Below, one piece after another: positions 10,677 to 20,911 of a stretch of DNA of 56,703 nt. The number at the start of each line of letters is the position of its first letter. Positions within the stretch are counted from its first letter, which is position 1. Origin of the DNA: Spirulina sp. (lineage in GTDB: Bacteria; Cyanobacteriota; Cyanobacteriia; Phormidesmidales; Phormidesmidaceae); assembly GCA_044070495.1 (NCBI GenBank), contig JBIPSI010000034.1:1-56703 (forward strand). The letters run 5' to 3'. Under the pieces are notes generated by a model that was not told the origin of the DNA, searched no databases, and worked only from the letters and a program-made list of their open reading frames with translations. The translations under genes and the position numbers were made by a program.

Positions 10677-11342
10677 ATGTTTACTGGATTGATTCAGGCC
10701 ATGGGTCGCCTCTCCCACAGCGGCAGCGGCCAGCTCACTCTCCACTACCCCACCCCCGTCCATCCTCTGTTGATGGATATTGCCCTAGGCGACAGCATTG
10801 CGGTAGACGGTATTTGTTTGACCGTGGAAACGCTACTGCCCCAAGGCTTTGTGGCGGCGGTCTCCCCCGAAACCCTGGCCCGCACCACCCTGGGCCAACT
10901 GCCCGAAGGAAGCTGGGTGAACCTGGAATCTTCCCTGCGGGTGGGGGGCAAAATCGGCGGCCATTTCGTCACTGGACACATCGATGGGCGAGGCCACCTA
11001 GAAACCGCCACCCAAACCGACAACGCCTGGGTCATGAGTTTCACCGTGCCCGATGCCCGTGTGGCCCGCTACATCGTGCCCAAGGGCAGCATCGCCATCA
11101 ACGGCATCAGCCTCACGGTGGCCGAATGCAGCCCCAGCGGCGACTGGTTTTCCGTGGCCGTCATCCCCGTCACCTACCAAGAAACCACCCTGCCATATCT
11201 CCAGCCCGGCCAGGCCGTTAACCTAGAGGGCGACATCCTCGGCAAATACGTAGAAAAGCTGCTCCAAGGCCGCCCTAGCCACGGTGCAGCGGCCCCCGGC
11301 GAAGAATTATCCCTCGCCTTCCTCGCAGAACATGGATACTAA
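10677..11342 (+). CDS. ribE: Riboflavin synthase (alpha chain)
   Basis: MFTGLI, GDSIAVDGICLTV, GGHFVTGHID, KGSIAINGISLTV. Confidence 0.95.
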   Translation: MFTGLIQAMGRLSHSGSGQLTLHYPTPVHPLLMDIALGDSIAVDGICLTVETLLPQGFVAAVSPETLARTTLGQLPEGSWVNLESSLRVGGKIGGHFVTGHIDGRGHLETATQTDNAWVMSFTVPDARVARYIVPKGSIAINGISLTVAECSPSGDWFSVAVIPVTYQETTLPYLQPGQAVNLEGDILGKYVEKLLQGRPSHGAAAPGEELSLAFLAEHGY

Positions 11343-11835
11343 GCCAATCATCGCAAACCTTACCATGCGCCTCGCGACCGCCGAAGACATTGCCTTGCTC
11401 GCGGCCCTTTACCGCGAAACGGTATTGACCCACGCACCCCAGCACTACAGCCCTGCCCAAACCAAAGCCTGGGCGGCCTTTGGCGCGAATACACCCCAAT
11501 TTCATCGGTTCATCCTGGGAGGCACCACCTATGTTGCAGAGGCAGAGACCGTTCTAGGCTTTGGTGGCCTAGCTGCCGATGGACACATCACCGCCCTCTA
11601 CGTGCGCCACGACTGCCTCGGTCGAGGCATTGGGTCACAACTGCTAAAAACCCTACTCAACCAAGCCCATCACGAAAGTATGACCCGCCTCTACGCCGAA
11701 GCCAGCGCCTTTAGCCTAGGCCTGTTTCAAACCTTTGGCTTCTGTCACTACGGCACCGATCAGGTAGATCGAGGTGGGGTCATGTTTGAGCGTTATCTGG
11801 TGGAGAAAATGCCTCCGTTGCTCATGCTGGACTGA
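11332..11835 (+). CDS. GNAT family N-acetyltransferase
   Basis: LYVRHDCLGRGIGSQLL acetyl-CoA motif; EAS...LF..FGF; overlaps the ribE stop. Confidence 0.85.
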   Translation: MDTKPIIANLTMRLATAEDIALLAALYRETVLTHAPQHYSPAQTKAWAAFGANTPQFHRFILGGTTYVAEAETVLGFGGLAADGHITALYVRHDCLGRGIGSQLLKTLLNQAHHESMTRLYAEASAFSLGLFQTFGFCHYGTDQVDRGGVMFERYLVEKMPPLLMLD

Positions 11836-12117
11836 CACAACTGGCCAGTGCCCAAATCCGTCAAAGGGTCAGGAAACCTGCCCCCTGCAGAATCCAAATA
11901 CTATAGGAGAGCGGTTGCCGCACCCGGTGCAAAATCTTTGGTCCGTCAACCTGGGAATGATCGCTACCTTGGAGGCTTCCTTTGCGTAAAAATTCCTTTG
12001 CGTTTAGAACAAGGTTGTTAGTCTGCGCTGGGCTAGACGGAGGGACATAGATGTCATACTGCCGCAGGAGAGAACTGCGCTACAGTGTCCACAGATAGAA
12101 ATTTACAGAAGTTCACA

Positions 12118-12801
12118 ATGGCGATGACGGCATCCCGGTCTCTAGTTGGGTTAGCGATGGCCCTAGCGGCTTTGGGCTGTGGCCCTTCAATGCAGGAAAA
12201 TATCCTGTCGCAGCCCCCGATGGAACCTGTCCTAGATGCTCCTATCAATTCGACGACGGATCGACAGGAGACGCTGCCCCAGCCTGAATCTGTCGCCGTA
12301 TGGGATCATCTGCAACAGGCGGATCAGCGGTTGTATGTCGTGTTGCTGCGCCATGCGTTGGCCCCTGGCACAGGGGATCCGGCCAACTTTCGCCTAGGCG
12401 ACTGTGCCACCCAGCGCAACCTATCAGAGGCGGGGCAGCAACAGGCAAGGGACATCGGCCAAGCGTTCCGGCAACGGGGAGTGTCGGTGGATCGGGTGCT
12501 GTCTAGCCAGTGGTGCCGTTGCTTAGACACCGCTGAACTCTTAGACTTGGGCCAGGTGGAGCCCTTTGCACCCCTAAATTCGTTTTTTCAAGATCGCCGC
12601 ACCGCCGATAGCCAAACCGCCGCTGTGGAAGCGTATCTACGCCAACAGCCGCCCCAGGGGGTGAGGGTGATGGTAACGCATCAGGTCAATATCACGGCGC
12701 TGACGGGCATTGTTCCGGCTTCTGGCCAGGGGGTCGTTGTGGCGGTAGATGGCGATGCTCCCCTAGACATTATCGGCACTTTAGATCCCCTGGCTCCGTA
12801 G
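12118..12801 (+). CDS. Histidine phosphatase family protein, probable lipoprotein
   Basis: LLRHA, QRNLS..G..QA, SS.WCRC..TA, VTHQVNI; LAALGC lipobox-like signal; start uncertain (12085 or 12118). Confidence 0.85.
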   Translation: MAMTASRSLVGLAMALAALGCGPSMQENILSQPPMEPVLDAPINSTTDRQETLPQPESVAVWDHLQQADQRLYVVLLRHALAPGTGDPANFRLGDCATQRNLSEAGQQQARDIGQAFRQRGVSVDRVLSSQWCRCLDTAELLDLGQVEPFAPLNSFFQDRRTADSQTAAVEAYLRQQPPQGVRVMVTHQVNITALTGIVPASGQGVVVAVDGDAPLDIIGTLDPLAP

Positions 12802-12897
12802 GGCACCTGTGCAGCACTTCGTAGGGCACACCAGCACTATCTCTAATCCCAACGGCTCTTGCCTTTAAACTGAGAACCAGTGCTCTGAAGATCAACC

Positions 12898-13761
12898 ATG
12901 TGGACTGCCATTGCTCAACACATCAGCGCTAAAACGGGAACGGCTTTTACGGTCGTGGATCGACGATCCGTGGGCGGGGGCTGTATTAACCAGGCCTATC
13001 AGATTAGCGATGGTCGCCAGCGGTTTTTCCTGAAGTTGAACCGTGCTGCCCAGGTGGCGATGTTTGAGGCGGAGGCGTTGGGGCTGAAGGAAATGTACGA
13101 CAGCCAAACCATCCGTGTACCTAAGCCGATTTGTTGGGGCACCGCCGAGGATTCGGCCTACCTAGTGCTGGAATGGCTAGACCTAGGAAATTCCAAGGAA
13201 GCCTCCTGGCGACGCATGGGGGAAAACCTGGCGGCCATGCACCGCATCACTCAGACCAAGGGGTTTGGCTGGCACCAGAGCAACACCATCGGGGCCACAC
13301 CCCAGCCCAACCCCTGGACAGCAAGTTGGCTAGAGTTTTACCGTGAATACCGCTTAGAACATCAGTTTCGCTTGGCACGGCGGCGAGGGGGACACTTTCC
13401 TCGACAGCAAGACCTGTTGCAGGCCTTACCCAACTTGCTGGCGGGGCACAATCCGGCTCCAGCCTTAGTCCACGGGGATTTGTGGTCGGGCAATGCAGCG
13501 GTGACCGCTGAGGGCGATCCGGTGATTCTCGACCCCGCCACCTACTACGGAGATCGAGAGGTAGACTTAGCGATGACCGAGCTTTTTGGGCGCTTTCCCG
13601 CCGCCTTTTATGCGGGCTACGGGGCGGCTTACCCCACGGAAGATGGCTATGCCCAGCGTAAAGTTTTGTACAACCTGTACCACATTCTTAACCACTTCAA
13701 CCTCTTTGGTGGCGGCTACGAAGCCCAGGCCAACCGCATGATAGATCAGGTGTTGCGGTAA
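12898..13761 (+). CDS. Fructosamine kinase family protein
   Basis: VGGGCIN, MFEAEALGL, LVHGDLWSGN, DPATYYGDREVDLAMTELF. Confidence 0.93.
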   Translation: MWTAIAQHISAKTGTAFTVVDRRSVGGGCINQAYQISDGRQRFFLKLNRAAQVAMFEAEALGLKEMYDSQTIRVPKPICWGTAEDSAYLVLEWLDLGNSKEASWRRMGENLAAMHRITQTKGFGWHQSNTIGATPQPNPWTASWLEFYREYRLEHQFRLARRRGGHFPRQQDLLQALPNLLAGHNPAPALVHGDLWSGNAAVTAEGDPVILDPATYYGDREVDLAMTELFGRFPAAFYAGYGAAYPTEDGYAQRKVLYNLYHILNHFNLFGGGYEAQANRMIDQVLR

Positions 13762-14020
13762 TTTTGTGCGTCGTCCGTGGGGTATCTGGCGTTGGTGTTA
13801 CCCGTCATCTAAACAAAATGTTAAGGTAAATGAAATAACCCCAATGCCCAGCAGGTCAGACTGGGTAAATATTGCGGCTCCCTAAGCTCAGGAAACTTTT
13901 CTGGGTGAATGGTGTAGTTTATCTCTATCAAAAAGAATTCATTGGCTTAGCGCAGAACGTTTGTACGGGTTGTGCTTATTTTTAATATTTTGACCACCCC
14001 TTCACCCCGCTTTATGTCCT

Positions 14021-16351
14021 ATGACTGCCACGGTTCACCCCTCGCAATCCGCCGATCTGGAGTCTCCATCGACCGAGGCCAAGGCGTTTTTACCGCCCGA
14101 CTGTAATTTGCCCAGTTGGTTGCGAACCTGCGTGCTGAGTTATCACCACCAGGCACAGGATGGGGAATCCTCCGTGGGCGACGATAAGTCTAACAGCGAA
14201 CTAGTCTGTCGGGCCTTTGAATTTGCCTATGCCCTACACCAGGAGCAATATCGGGCCTCTGGGGAAGCCTACATTTGTCATCCGGTGGCGGTGGCGGGGC
14301 TGCTGCGAGACCTAGGCGGCGACAGCGCCATGATTGCCTCCGGTTTTCTCCACGACATTGTGGAAGATACCGACACTCCTCCCGAACAATTGGAGGAACT
14401 GTTTGGCAGCGAAGTGCGGCAGTTGGTGGAGGGCGTTACCAAGCTCTCAAAGCTGAATTTTGAGAGTAAAACCGAGCGGCAGGCGGAGAATTTTCGGCGG
14501 ATGTTCCTGGCCATGGCCCAGGATATTCGGGTGATTGTGGTAAAGCTGGCGGATCGTCTCCACAATATGCGCACCCTAGAGCACCTCAGCGACGAAAAGC
14601 GTCGCCGCATTGCCCGCGAAACCATGGAAATTTTTGCGCCCCTGGCCAACCGCCTGGGGATTGGGCGGTTCAAATGGGAACTGGAGGATCTGTCCTTCAA
14701 GTATTTGGAACCGGAAGCCTATCGGCAGATGCAGGAATACGTCACCGAGAAGCGGACGGATCGGGAGTCGCGGCTGGTGCAGGTGGCGGAAACCCTACGC
14801 CAGCGAATGCACGATGCCAACATTCAGGTGGTGGATGTGAGCAGTCGCCCTAAGCACCTGTACAGCATCTACCGCAAGATGGAGAAGCAGCAGAAGAACT
14901 TCCACGAAATCTACGATGTGGCGGCGATTCGGCTGATTGTGGGCAGCAATGAAGAATGTTACCGTGCCCTGGCCATTGTCCACGATGCCTTTCGCCCCAT
15001 TCCTGGACGATTTAAAGACTACATTGGCCTGCCAAAGCCCAACCGTTACCAGTCGCTCCATACGGTGGTGATCGGCAGTAAGGGCAAGCCCATCGAAGTG
15101 CAGATTCGCACCCTAGAAATGCACCACATCGCCGAGTACGGGATTGCCGCCCACTGGAAATATAAGGAAACCGGGGCCTCCACCAACACGCGGATGACCG
15201 CCGATGACGACAAATTTACCTGGCTGCGGCAGCTTTTGGAATGGCAAAACGACCTCAAGGATGCCCAGGAATTCCTCGAAAATGTGAAGGGCAACCTATT
15301 CGATGAGGACGTCTACGTCTTCACCCCCAGCGGCGATGTGGTTCCCCTCAGCCGAGGCGCAACCCCCGTAGACTTTGCCTACCGCATTCACACCGAAGTG
15401 GGTAACCACTGCGCCGGGGCTAGGGTCAACAGCCGCATCGTTACCCTAGATACGCCCTTGGCCAACGGCGACATTGTGGAAATCATCACCCAAAAGAACA
15501 GCCACCCCAGCCTAGATTGGCTGAACTTCGTGGTCACCCCCAGCGCCCGTAACCGCATTCGCCAATGGTATAAGCGCTCCCACCGCGACGAAAACATCGC
15601 CCGTGGCCGCGACCTGCTAGAGAAAGAACTGGGCCGCAACGGCTTCGATGCCCTGCTGAAGTCGGAACCTGCCCAACTGGCGGCAGAACGCTGCAACTAT
15701 CCCACCGTGGACGATTTGCTGGCGGGCTTGGGCTACGGCGAAGTCACCCTCAACCTGTTCGTCAACCGTCTGCGGGAAGCCATCAAGGCCCAACATCCCC
15801 CGGAAGTCCTGTCCTCGGAAGCCTCCCTAGGCGACTCCAATCAGGTCTTGGCTGATGCCGTCACTAGCCCCCATCGCCATCGCCACACCCCCTCTAAGGA
15901 TCCCATCCTCGGTATCGAAGGTTTGGTTTACCACATTGCCGGATGCTGTAGCCCCCTGCCCGGAGAACCCATCCTCGGCAGCGTCTCCCTCGGCAGTCGC
16001 GGCATTGCCATCCATCGCCAGGGCTGCCCCAACCTGGCTGATATTCCTGGAGATCGGCTCATTCCCGTCAGTTGGAACAATGGTGACGCCACCGGAAATC
16101 GCCAAACCTACCCCGTGGAAGTGAAGATCGAAGTGATCGACCGGGTGGGCGTGCTGAAGGATATTCTGTCCCACCTGTCTGACCTGCAAATTAACGTCCA
16201 CAAGGCCCAGGTGAAAACCTTCCCCGGCCAAACCGCCGAAATCGACCTTGGCCTAGACGTGCGCGACAGCGCCCACCTAGAACAAACCTTCAGCCAACTG
16301 CGGAAAATGACCGACGTACTCAATATTCGCCGCCTTAACCAGGGGAGCTAA
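14021..16351 (+). CDS. relA: Bifunctional (p)ppGpp synthetase/hydrolase (HD, synthetase, TGS, ACT)
   Basis: RASGEAYICHP, HDIVEDT, KLADRLHNMRTL, YQSLHT, EVQIRT, TPVDFAYRIHT, CCSPLPG. Confidence 0.96.
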   Translation: MTATVHPSQSADLESPSTEAKAFLPPDCNLPSWLRTCVLSYHHQAQDGESSVGDDKSNSELVCRAFEFAYALHQEQYRASGEAYICHPVAVAGLLRDLGGDSAMIASGFLHDIVEDTDTPPEQLEELFGSEVRQLVEGVTKLSKLNFESKTERQAENFRRMFLAMAQDIRVIVVKLADRLHNMRTLEHLSDEKRRRIARETMEIFAPLANRLGIGRFKWELEDLSFKYLEPEAYRQMQEYVTEKRTDRESRLVQVAETLRQRMHDANIQVVDVSSRPKHLYSIYRKMEKQQKNFHEIYDVAAIRLIVGSNEECYRALAIVHDAFRPIPGRFKDYIGLPKPNRYQSLHTVVIGSKGKPIEVQIRTLEMHHIAEYGIAAHWKYKETGASTNTRMTADDDKFTWLRQLLEWQNDLKDAQEFLENVKGNLFDEDVYVFTPSGDVVPLSRGATPVDFAYRIHTEVGNHCAGARVNSRIVTLDTPLANGDIVEIITQKNSHPSLDWLNFVVTPSARNRIRQWYKRSHRDENIARGRDLLEKELGRNGFDALLKSEPAQLAAERCNYPTVDDLLAGLGYGEVTLNLFVNRLREAIKAQHPPEVLSSEASLGDSNQVLADAVTSPHRHRHTPSKDPILGIEGLVYHIAGCCSPLPGEPILGSVSLGSRGIAIHRQGCPNLADIPGDRLIPVSWNNGDATGNRQTYPVEVKIEVIDRVGVLKDILSHLSDLQINVHKAQVKTFPGQTAEIDLGLDVRDSAHLEQTFSQLRKMTDVLNIRRLNQGS

Positions 16352-16374
16352 TCACAGCTAGATTGCAAGCACAG

Positions 16375-16403
16375 AACCCAGAGTTCTTAGAGAACCCTGG
16401 GTT
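16375..16403. terminator. Stem-loop downstream of relA
   Basis: AACCCAGAGTTCT-TAG-AGAACCCTGGGTT inverted repeat followed by GTTT. Confidence 0.5.
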
Positions 16404-16497
16404 GTTTCGTTAACACGTCGGTTACCATCAACAGCTACCCAGGTTTGCTAGCCTGGAGGGGTTGGTATCAGTCCATGGGGCTGAATCGGGGGCAACA

Positions 16498-16941
16498 ATG
16501 AGCCGCATGGTGAGAACAATGGCCGTAAACCTCCTGGGGCTATCGGCCCTGGCAGGAGCCATGACGTTAGGGACCACAACCCTACCCGCCCTGGCCCAGT
16601 CCTGCACATCGGGCTGTCAGTCGGGGCAGATTCAGTTCACCCCTGGGGATCGCATCACCGTGCAGGTGGTCAATCGCAGCACGGTAACCATTGACCTAGA
16701 GCAAACCCCCATGACTGGCCCCCGCACCCTGCGACCGGGGGAAGCCATCGAACTGGGCTTTGGCTGGGGCACCTCACCCAATATTTCCATTCTGTTTTGG
16801 CCCCTGCAAGATCGGGCCATTCGCCTCAGACTAGGCCGACCCGAAGCTCAAACCCTGTCGGTGGAGATCTACAGCGCCCCCAGCGAACCCAGCCACCGTA
16901 GCATTTTTGTGGAAAACGACGGTCGCGTTATCCTCCAGTAA
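16498..16941 (+). CDS. Hypothetical secreted protein
   Basis: Signal peptide ending PALA, CxxxC, small beta-rich domain; start uncertain. Confidence 0.65.
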   Translation: MSRMVRTMAVNLLGLSALAGAMTLGTTTLPALAQSCTSGCQSGQIQFTPGDRITVQVVNRSTVTIDLEQTPMTGPRTLRPGEAIELGFGWGTSPNISILFWPLQDRAIRLRLGRPEAQTLSVEIYSAPSEPSHRSIFVENDGRVILQ

Positions 16942-16981
16942 TCGACCAATCCTTAAGTTTTTTGCTTTTTGCCCCACGCCC

Positions 16982-18205
16982 ATGAACCTGCAAGAAAGCT
17001 TCACCATGGCGGCCAAAACCCTCGCCGCCAATCGTCTCCGCAGCACCCTCACCATGCTGGGCATCATCATCGGCAATGCCTCGGTGATTACCATGGTGGG
17101 CCTAGGCGAAGGGGCGCAGCGGTATATCAATGCTCAGCTAGAGACCCTGGGGCCGAATGTGCTGTTTGTGGTGCCCGGTAGCCGAGAAACGCGGCAGTTG
17201 GGGTCTTTGAACATCCCCCGTACCCTGGTGCTAGAGGATGCGGTGGCGATTAAACAACAGGTGCCCTCGGTGACGGGGGTGGCGGCGGAATCCAGTGATC
17301 GCCAGCTCGTGACCCTAGGTAACCGCAACGCCAACGTGAATGTGGTGGGCACGGTGCCCGATTTCCTGACGGTGCGCAGTTTTGAGGTGGCCCAGGGGCG
17401 GTTCATCAGCGATTTGGACGTAACCCGCAATGCCCAGGTGGTGGTGCTGGGGGATACCCTCAAAACCCGCTTGTTTGAGGACGAACCTGCCCTAGGGCAA
17501 TCCCTGCGGGTGGGCGGTGTCAACTTCAATGTGATCGGCATTTTGGAAAAGAAAGGCTCGAACCTAGGGCTAGATTACGACGATGCCGTCATGGTGCCCA
17601 TCACCACCCAGGCCAACCGTCTGGCGAGGGGCGAGCGCTCCCCCTACGGCATTGACGTTTCGTTCATCACCGTCTCTGCCCGCGACCGGGAGAGCATGGC
17701 CACGGCGGAATTTCAGATCACCAACCTGCTGCGCCTGCGCCACAACATCCGCGACGACGACGACTTTTACATCAGCAGCCAAGACACCCTGCTCACCATC
17801 GCCAACACCATCACCGGAGCGCTGACCCTCATGCTGGCGGCGATTGCGGGCATTTCCCTCCTCGTCGGCGGCATCGGCATTATGAACATCATGCTGGTGT
17901 CGGTACGGGAACGCACCCAGGAAATCGGCCTCCGCAAGGCCATCGGCGCATCCCAGGGCGACATTTTGGGCCAGTTCTTGATCGAAGCCATCATCCTCTC
18001 CGTGGCCGGGGGCGTGATTGGCACCGCCCTAGGGGTCAGCGGCATTGTGCTGATTGGGATCCTCACCCCCTTCGAGGCCGGAATTTCTGTCAGCGCCATC
18101 GCCATGGCCGTCAGCATTTCCGGCGGCATTGGCCTGTTTTTCGGCGTCTTTCCCGCCCGCCAAGCCGCCCAACTCGATCCCATTGTGGCCCTGCGTACGG
18201 CATAG
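16982..18205 (+). CDS. ABC transporter permease (MacB/FtsX-like)
   Basis: RSTLTMLGIIIG, ISLLVGGIGIMNIMLVSV.ERT.EIGLRKAIGA, PA..AA.LDPIVALR. Confidence 0.93.
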   Translation: MNLQESFTMAAKTLAANRLRSTLTMLGIIIGNASVITMVGLGEGAQRYINAQLETLGPNVLFVVPGSRETRQLGSLNIPRTLVLEDAVAIKQQVPSVTGVAAESSDRQLVTLGNRNANVNVVGTVPDFLTVRSFEVAQGRFISDLDVTRNAQVVVLGDTLKTRLFEDEPALGQSLRVGGVNFNVIGILEKKGSNLGLDYDDAVMVPITTQANRLARGERSPYGIDVSFITVSARDRESMATAEFQITNLLRLRHNIRDDDDFYISSQDTLLTIANTITGALTLMLAAIAGISLLVGGIGIMNIMLVSVRERTQEIGLRKAIGASQGDILGQFLIEAIILSVAGGVIGTALGVSGIVLIGILTPFEAGISVSAIAMAVSISGGIGLFFGVFPARQAAQLDPIVALRTA

Positions 18206-18232
18206 GCGAGGTCAGGCAATCACCCAGCACCG

Positions 18233-19150
18233 ATGAAAACCGATAAACTCTACTATCAAATTTTTCTGAACCAGCCCGCCCTGCTGGCGGAGTTGATCCC
18301 CGGCCTACCCGCCGACTGCGCGTTTGAGTACGTTGCCCCCGTTGTCAAAGAGAGCGAATTTCGCCTCGACGGCCTGCTGATGCCGCTAACGGAGGAACCA
18401 TCGGTACCCGTCATCTTCATCGAAGCCCAAATGCAGCCCGACCAGCGGTTCTATGGCCGCTATTTCGCCGAAACTCACTTGTACCTATACCAATACCAGA
18501 TCGAACGTCCCTGGCGGGGACTGTTGATTTTGCGATCCCAACAGCAAAACCTCGGCAGCGAAGTTCCCTATGCCACCTTGCTCAACGGTCAGGTGCAAAG
18601 GCTTTACCTAAACGAGTTACAGAACGCACCCGACCTACCGCTAGCCCTAGCCCTGCTGCGGCTGATTGTGCTGCCGGATAATGCCCTACCCGATGCCGCC
18701 AAGCAAGTCCTTGAACAGGCGAAGGGCCAAGGAGACCCCACCTTTCAAGCCATCCTCGATAGCCTAGAAGCTATACTAATCAACAGATTTCCCCAGTTCA
18801 CCACCCAGGAGATTTTGGCCATGCTGGATCTAAAAATGGCCGACATTCGGCAAACCCGCTTCTACCAGGAAGTCTTTGCAGAAGGCCGAGAAGAAGGCCG
18901 AGAAGAAGGCCGGGAAGAAGGCCGGGAAGAAGGGCGTGAGCTTTGGACGCAACAAGGTGAGGCAGCGGCGGTGATTCGGGTCTTGACGCGACGATTGGGG
19001 CCATTGTCCGAAAACCAGGTGGCCCATATTCAGGGCTTGTCGCTGCCGCAGTTAGAGAGCTTGCTGGATGTGGTACTGGATTTGGCCGATGGGGCCGAGC
19101 TAGCGGATTGGCTAGCGGCCCACCCGTTAACCAACCCTCAACCCCAGTAA
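18233..19150 (+). CDS. Rpn family (DUF2887/RpnC-YadD-like) nuclease with EEGR repeats and DUF4351-like C-terminus, copy 1
   Basis: MKTDKLYYQIF, KE.EFRLDG, FIEAQMQ, RFYQEV, (EEGR)n, IQGLSL.QLE.L...LD.....L..WL. Confidence 0.9.
   Translation: MKTDKLYYQIFLNQPALLAELIPGLPADCAFEYVAPVVKESEFRLDGLLMPLTEEPSVPVIFIEAQMQPDQRFYGRYFAETHLYLYQYQIERPWRGLLILRSQQQNLGSEVPYATLLNGQVQRLYLNELQNAPDLPLALALLRLIVLPDNALPDAAKQVLEQAKGQGDPTFQAILDSLEAILINRFPQFTTQEILAMLDLKMADIRQTRFYQEVFAEGREEGREEGREEGREEGRELWTQQGEAAAVIRVLTRRLGPLSENQVAHIQGLSLPQLESLLDVVLDLADGAELADWLAAHPLTNPQPQ
18881..18940 (+). repeat. 12-bp tandem repeat encoding EGRE units in Rpn copy 1
   Basis: GAAGGCCGAGAA x2, GAAGGCCGGGAA x2, GAAGGGCGTGAG. Confidence 0.9.
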
Positions 19151-19348
19151 CGGCGCGACCTTCCAACAGCCATCAAACCGATGGCCTATCAAACAGATAG
19201 CAAAACATCTCACCCCCAGCCTTGCGTACGGGAGTGATGGAAGCCCCAATCGCGAATTACGGCCCTGGCTTCAGCGGCTAGGCTGGTTGTGCCCGTTGCG
19301 AATTGCGGCTTTGGCCAGGGAGAAAAGCCTATTGTTAAAATAATCCTC

Positions 19349-19376
19349 TAAACTCCGACCGGAATACCGGGGTTTA
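19349..19376. promoter_or_regulatory. Candidate transcription-factor operator upstream of the peroxiredoxin gene
   Basis: TAAACTCCG-N10-CGGGGTTTA imperfect inverted repeat about 105 bp upstream of the ATG. Confidence 0.45.
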
Positions 19377-19480
19377 TGCAAGAATAGGAAAACGATGGCG
19401 CTAGCGACCCATGGCGTGTTCGCCTAGTAGCTCGGTTTTTCGAGTGGCGCATTGTTACTGAGATTTCTTGGAGATTTGCT

Positions 19481-20116
19481 ATGACCCTACAACTTGGCGA
19501 TCAGGTTCCCAACTTTACCCAGCACAGCAGCGAGGGCGAGATTAACTTCTACGACTGGGCTGGCGATAGCTGGGTGGTGCTGTTTTCCCACCCCGCCGAC
19601 TACACCCCCGTTTGCACCACTGAGTTGGGCAGCGTGGCTAAGCTCAAGGGCGAATTTGACAAGCGCGGCGTGAAAGTGATCGCCCTCAGCGTCGATGGCG
19701 TCGAGTCTCACAACGGCTGGATTGGCGACATCAACGAAACCCAGGGCGTGGCGGTGAACTACCCCATCCTGGCCGACGAAGACAAAAAAGTCTCCGACCT
19801 CTACGGCATGATTCACCCCAACGCCAACGCCAAACTCACGGTGCGTAGCGTGTTTGTGATTGACCCCGCCAAGAAACTGCGCCTCACCATCACCTATCCC
19901 CCCAGCACCGGACGCAACTTCGCTGAAATTCTGCGGGTGATCGATTCCCTACAACTCACCGACAACTACAGCGTGGCCACTCCCGTGGATTGGAAGGATG
20001 GCGATGATGTGGTGGTTTCCCCCGCCATTCCCACCGACGAAGCCCGTGAGCGCTTTCCTAAGGGCGTTACCGAAATCAAGCCCTACCTGCGTATGACCCC
20101 CCAGCCCAACAAGTAG
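19481..20116 (+). CDS. 1-Cys peroxiredoxin (Prx6)
   Basis: FSHPADYTPVCTTE, GRNF.EILRVIDSLQ, ATPVDW; GGAG RBS. Confidence 0.95.
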   Translation: MTLQLGDQVPNFTQHSSEGEINFYDWAGDSWVVLFSHPADYTPVCTTELGSVAKLKGEFDKRGVKVIALSVDGVESHNGWIGDINETQGVAVNYPILADEDKKVSDLYGMIHPNANAKLTVRSVFVIDPAKKLRLTITYPPSTGRNFAEILRVIDSLQLTDNYSVATPVDWKDGDDVVVSPAIPTDEARERFPKGVTEIKPYLRMTPQPNK

Positions 20117-20192
20117 GTTTTCCATCACACCCCTGGGTTAGGCCCTAGGACATGTCTACGGCCTAATCATTCCACACACTGATGATGGTTTT

Positions 20193-20219
20193 GGCGCATT
20201 CCTAGGAGTGCGCCTTTTT
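20193..20219 (+). terminator. Rho-independent terminator
   Basis: GGCGCATTCC-TA-GGAGTGCGCC followed by TTTTT. Confidence 0.75.
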
Positions 20220-20473
20220 GTTGGCCCAGTCTTTTTGATCATGCCATCCCACCTCCTACAGAGAGAGGGCCATGTCCCTCGGTGGGTCGATGTGGGAAAG
20301 GTTCAGACCTCTTAGGGTAAAAAGGCGGTTGAAACAACCGTGTCGCGGCTTTTCTGTTCTGCAAATGCGAATTAGATGGCATCCTGTGAATTTCAGCAGG
20401 TTACCGATGCCTCAGAAAAACGTCAGAAGAACGTTAGAAAGCCGCCTGTTGATGCGCCCTTGGAGGCCCAAAC

Positions 20474-20818
20474 ATGAGTAACCCCAGAGTTGCCGCCGAT
20501 CATTACGATCCAAACCTCATTCCCGCCGAAACCGCCGCTCGCAAGGAACGGGAAGGCGAGGTCTACAAACAAGTGCCGACGGAGGCCGAGGGTAGCCTAG
20601 ACACCCGTGGCGGCTACACCGTGGATCAAGAAGGACTGGTCAATAACTACGCCATTGAACCCGAAATGTACATCGAAACACCGGGAGATCTCCAGGCCGA
20701 GGAAATCCTCAGTGAGCAACGGCGCGAGCAAGAACTCAAGGAGGTTAACCAAACCGACGAAACGGGCAAGGTTACCCCTGGATCCGATAGCCGAGGTAAG
20801 GGCGTGGGGCTAGTGTAA
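20474..20818 (+). CDS. Conserved cyanobacterial acidic hypothetical protein
   Basis: GGAGG RBS; IPAETAARKEREG and GYTVDQEGLVNNYAIEPEMY motifs; ends GKGVGLV. Confidence 0.75.
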   Translation: MSNPRVAADHYDPNLIPAETAARKEREGEVYKQVPTEAEGSLDTRGGYTVDQEGLVNNYAIEPEMYIETPGDLQAEEILSEQRREQELKEVNQTDETGKVTPGSDSRGKGVGLV

Positions 20819-20911
20819 ATCCCGGTGGCATGACGGGCGCAAGTCCCTGCCCTGGGGTAGCTAGGCTACAGGCGATGGTTGCCCTAGTACCGTCAGTTAA
20901 TACGCCGATCC

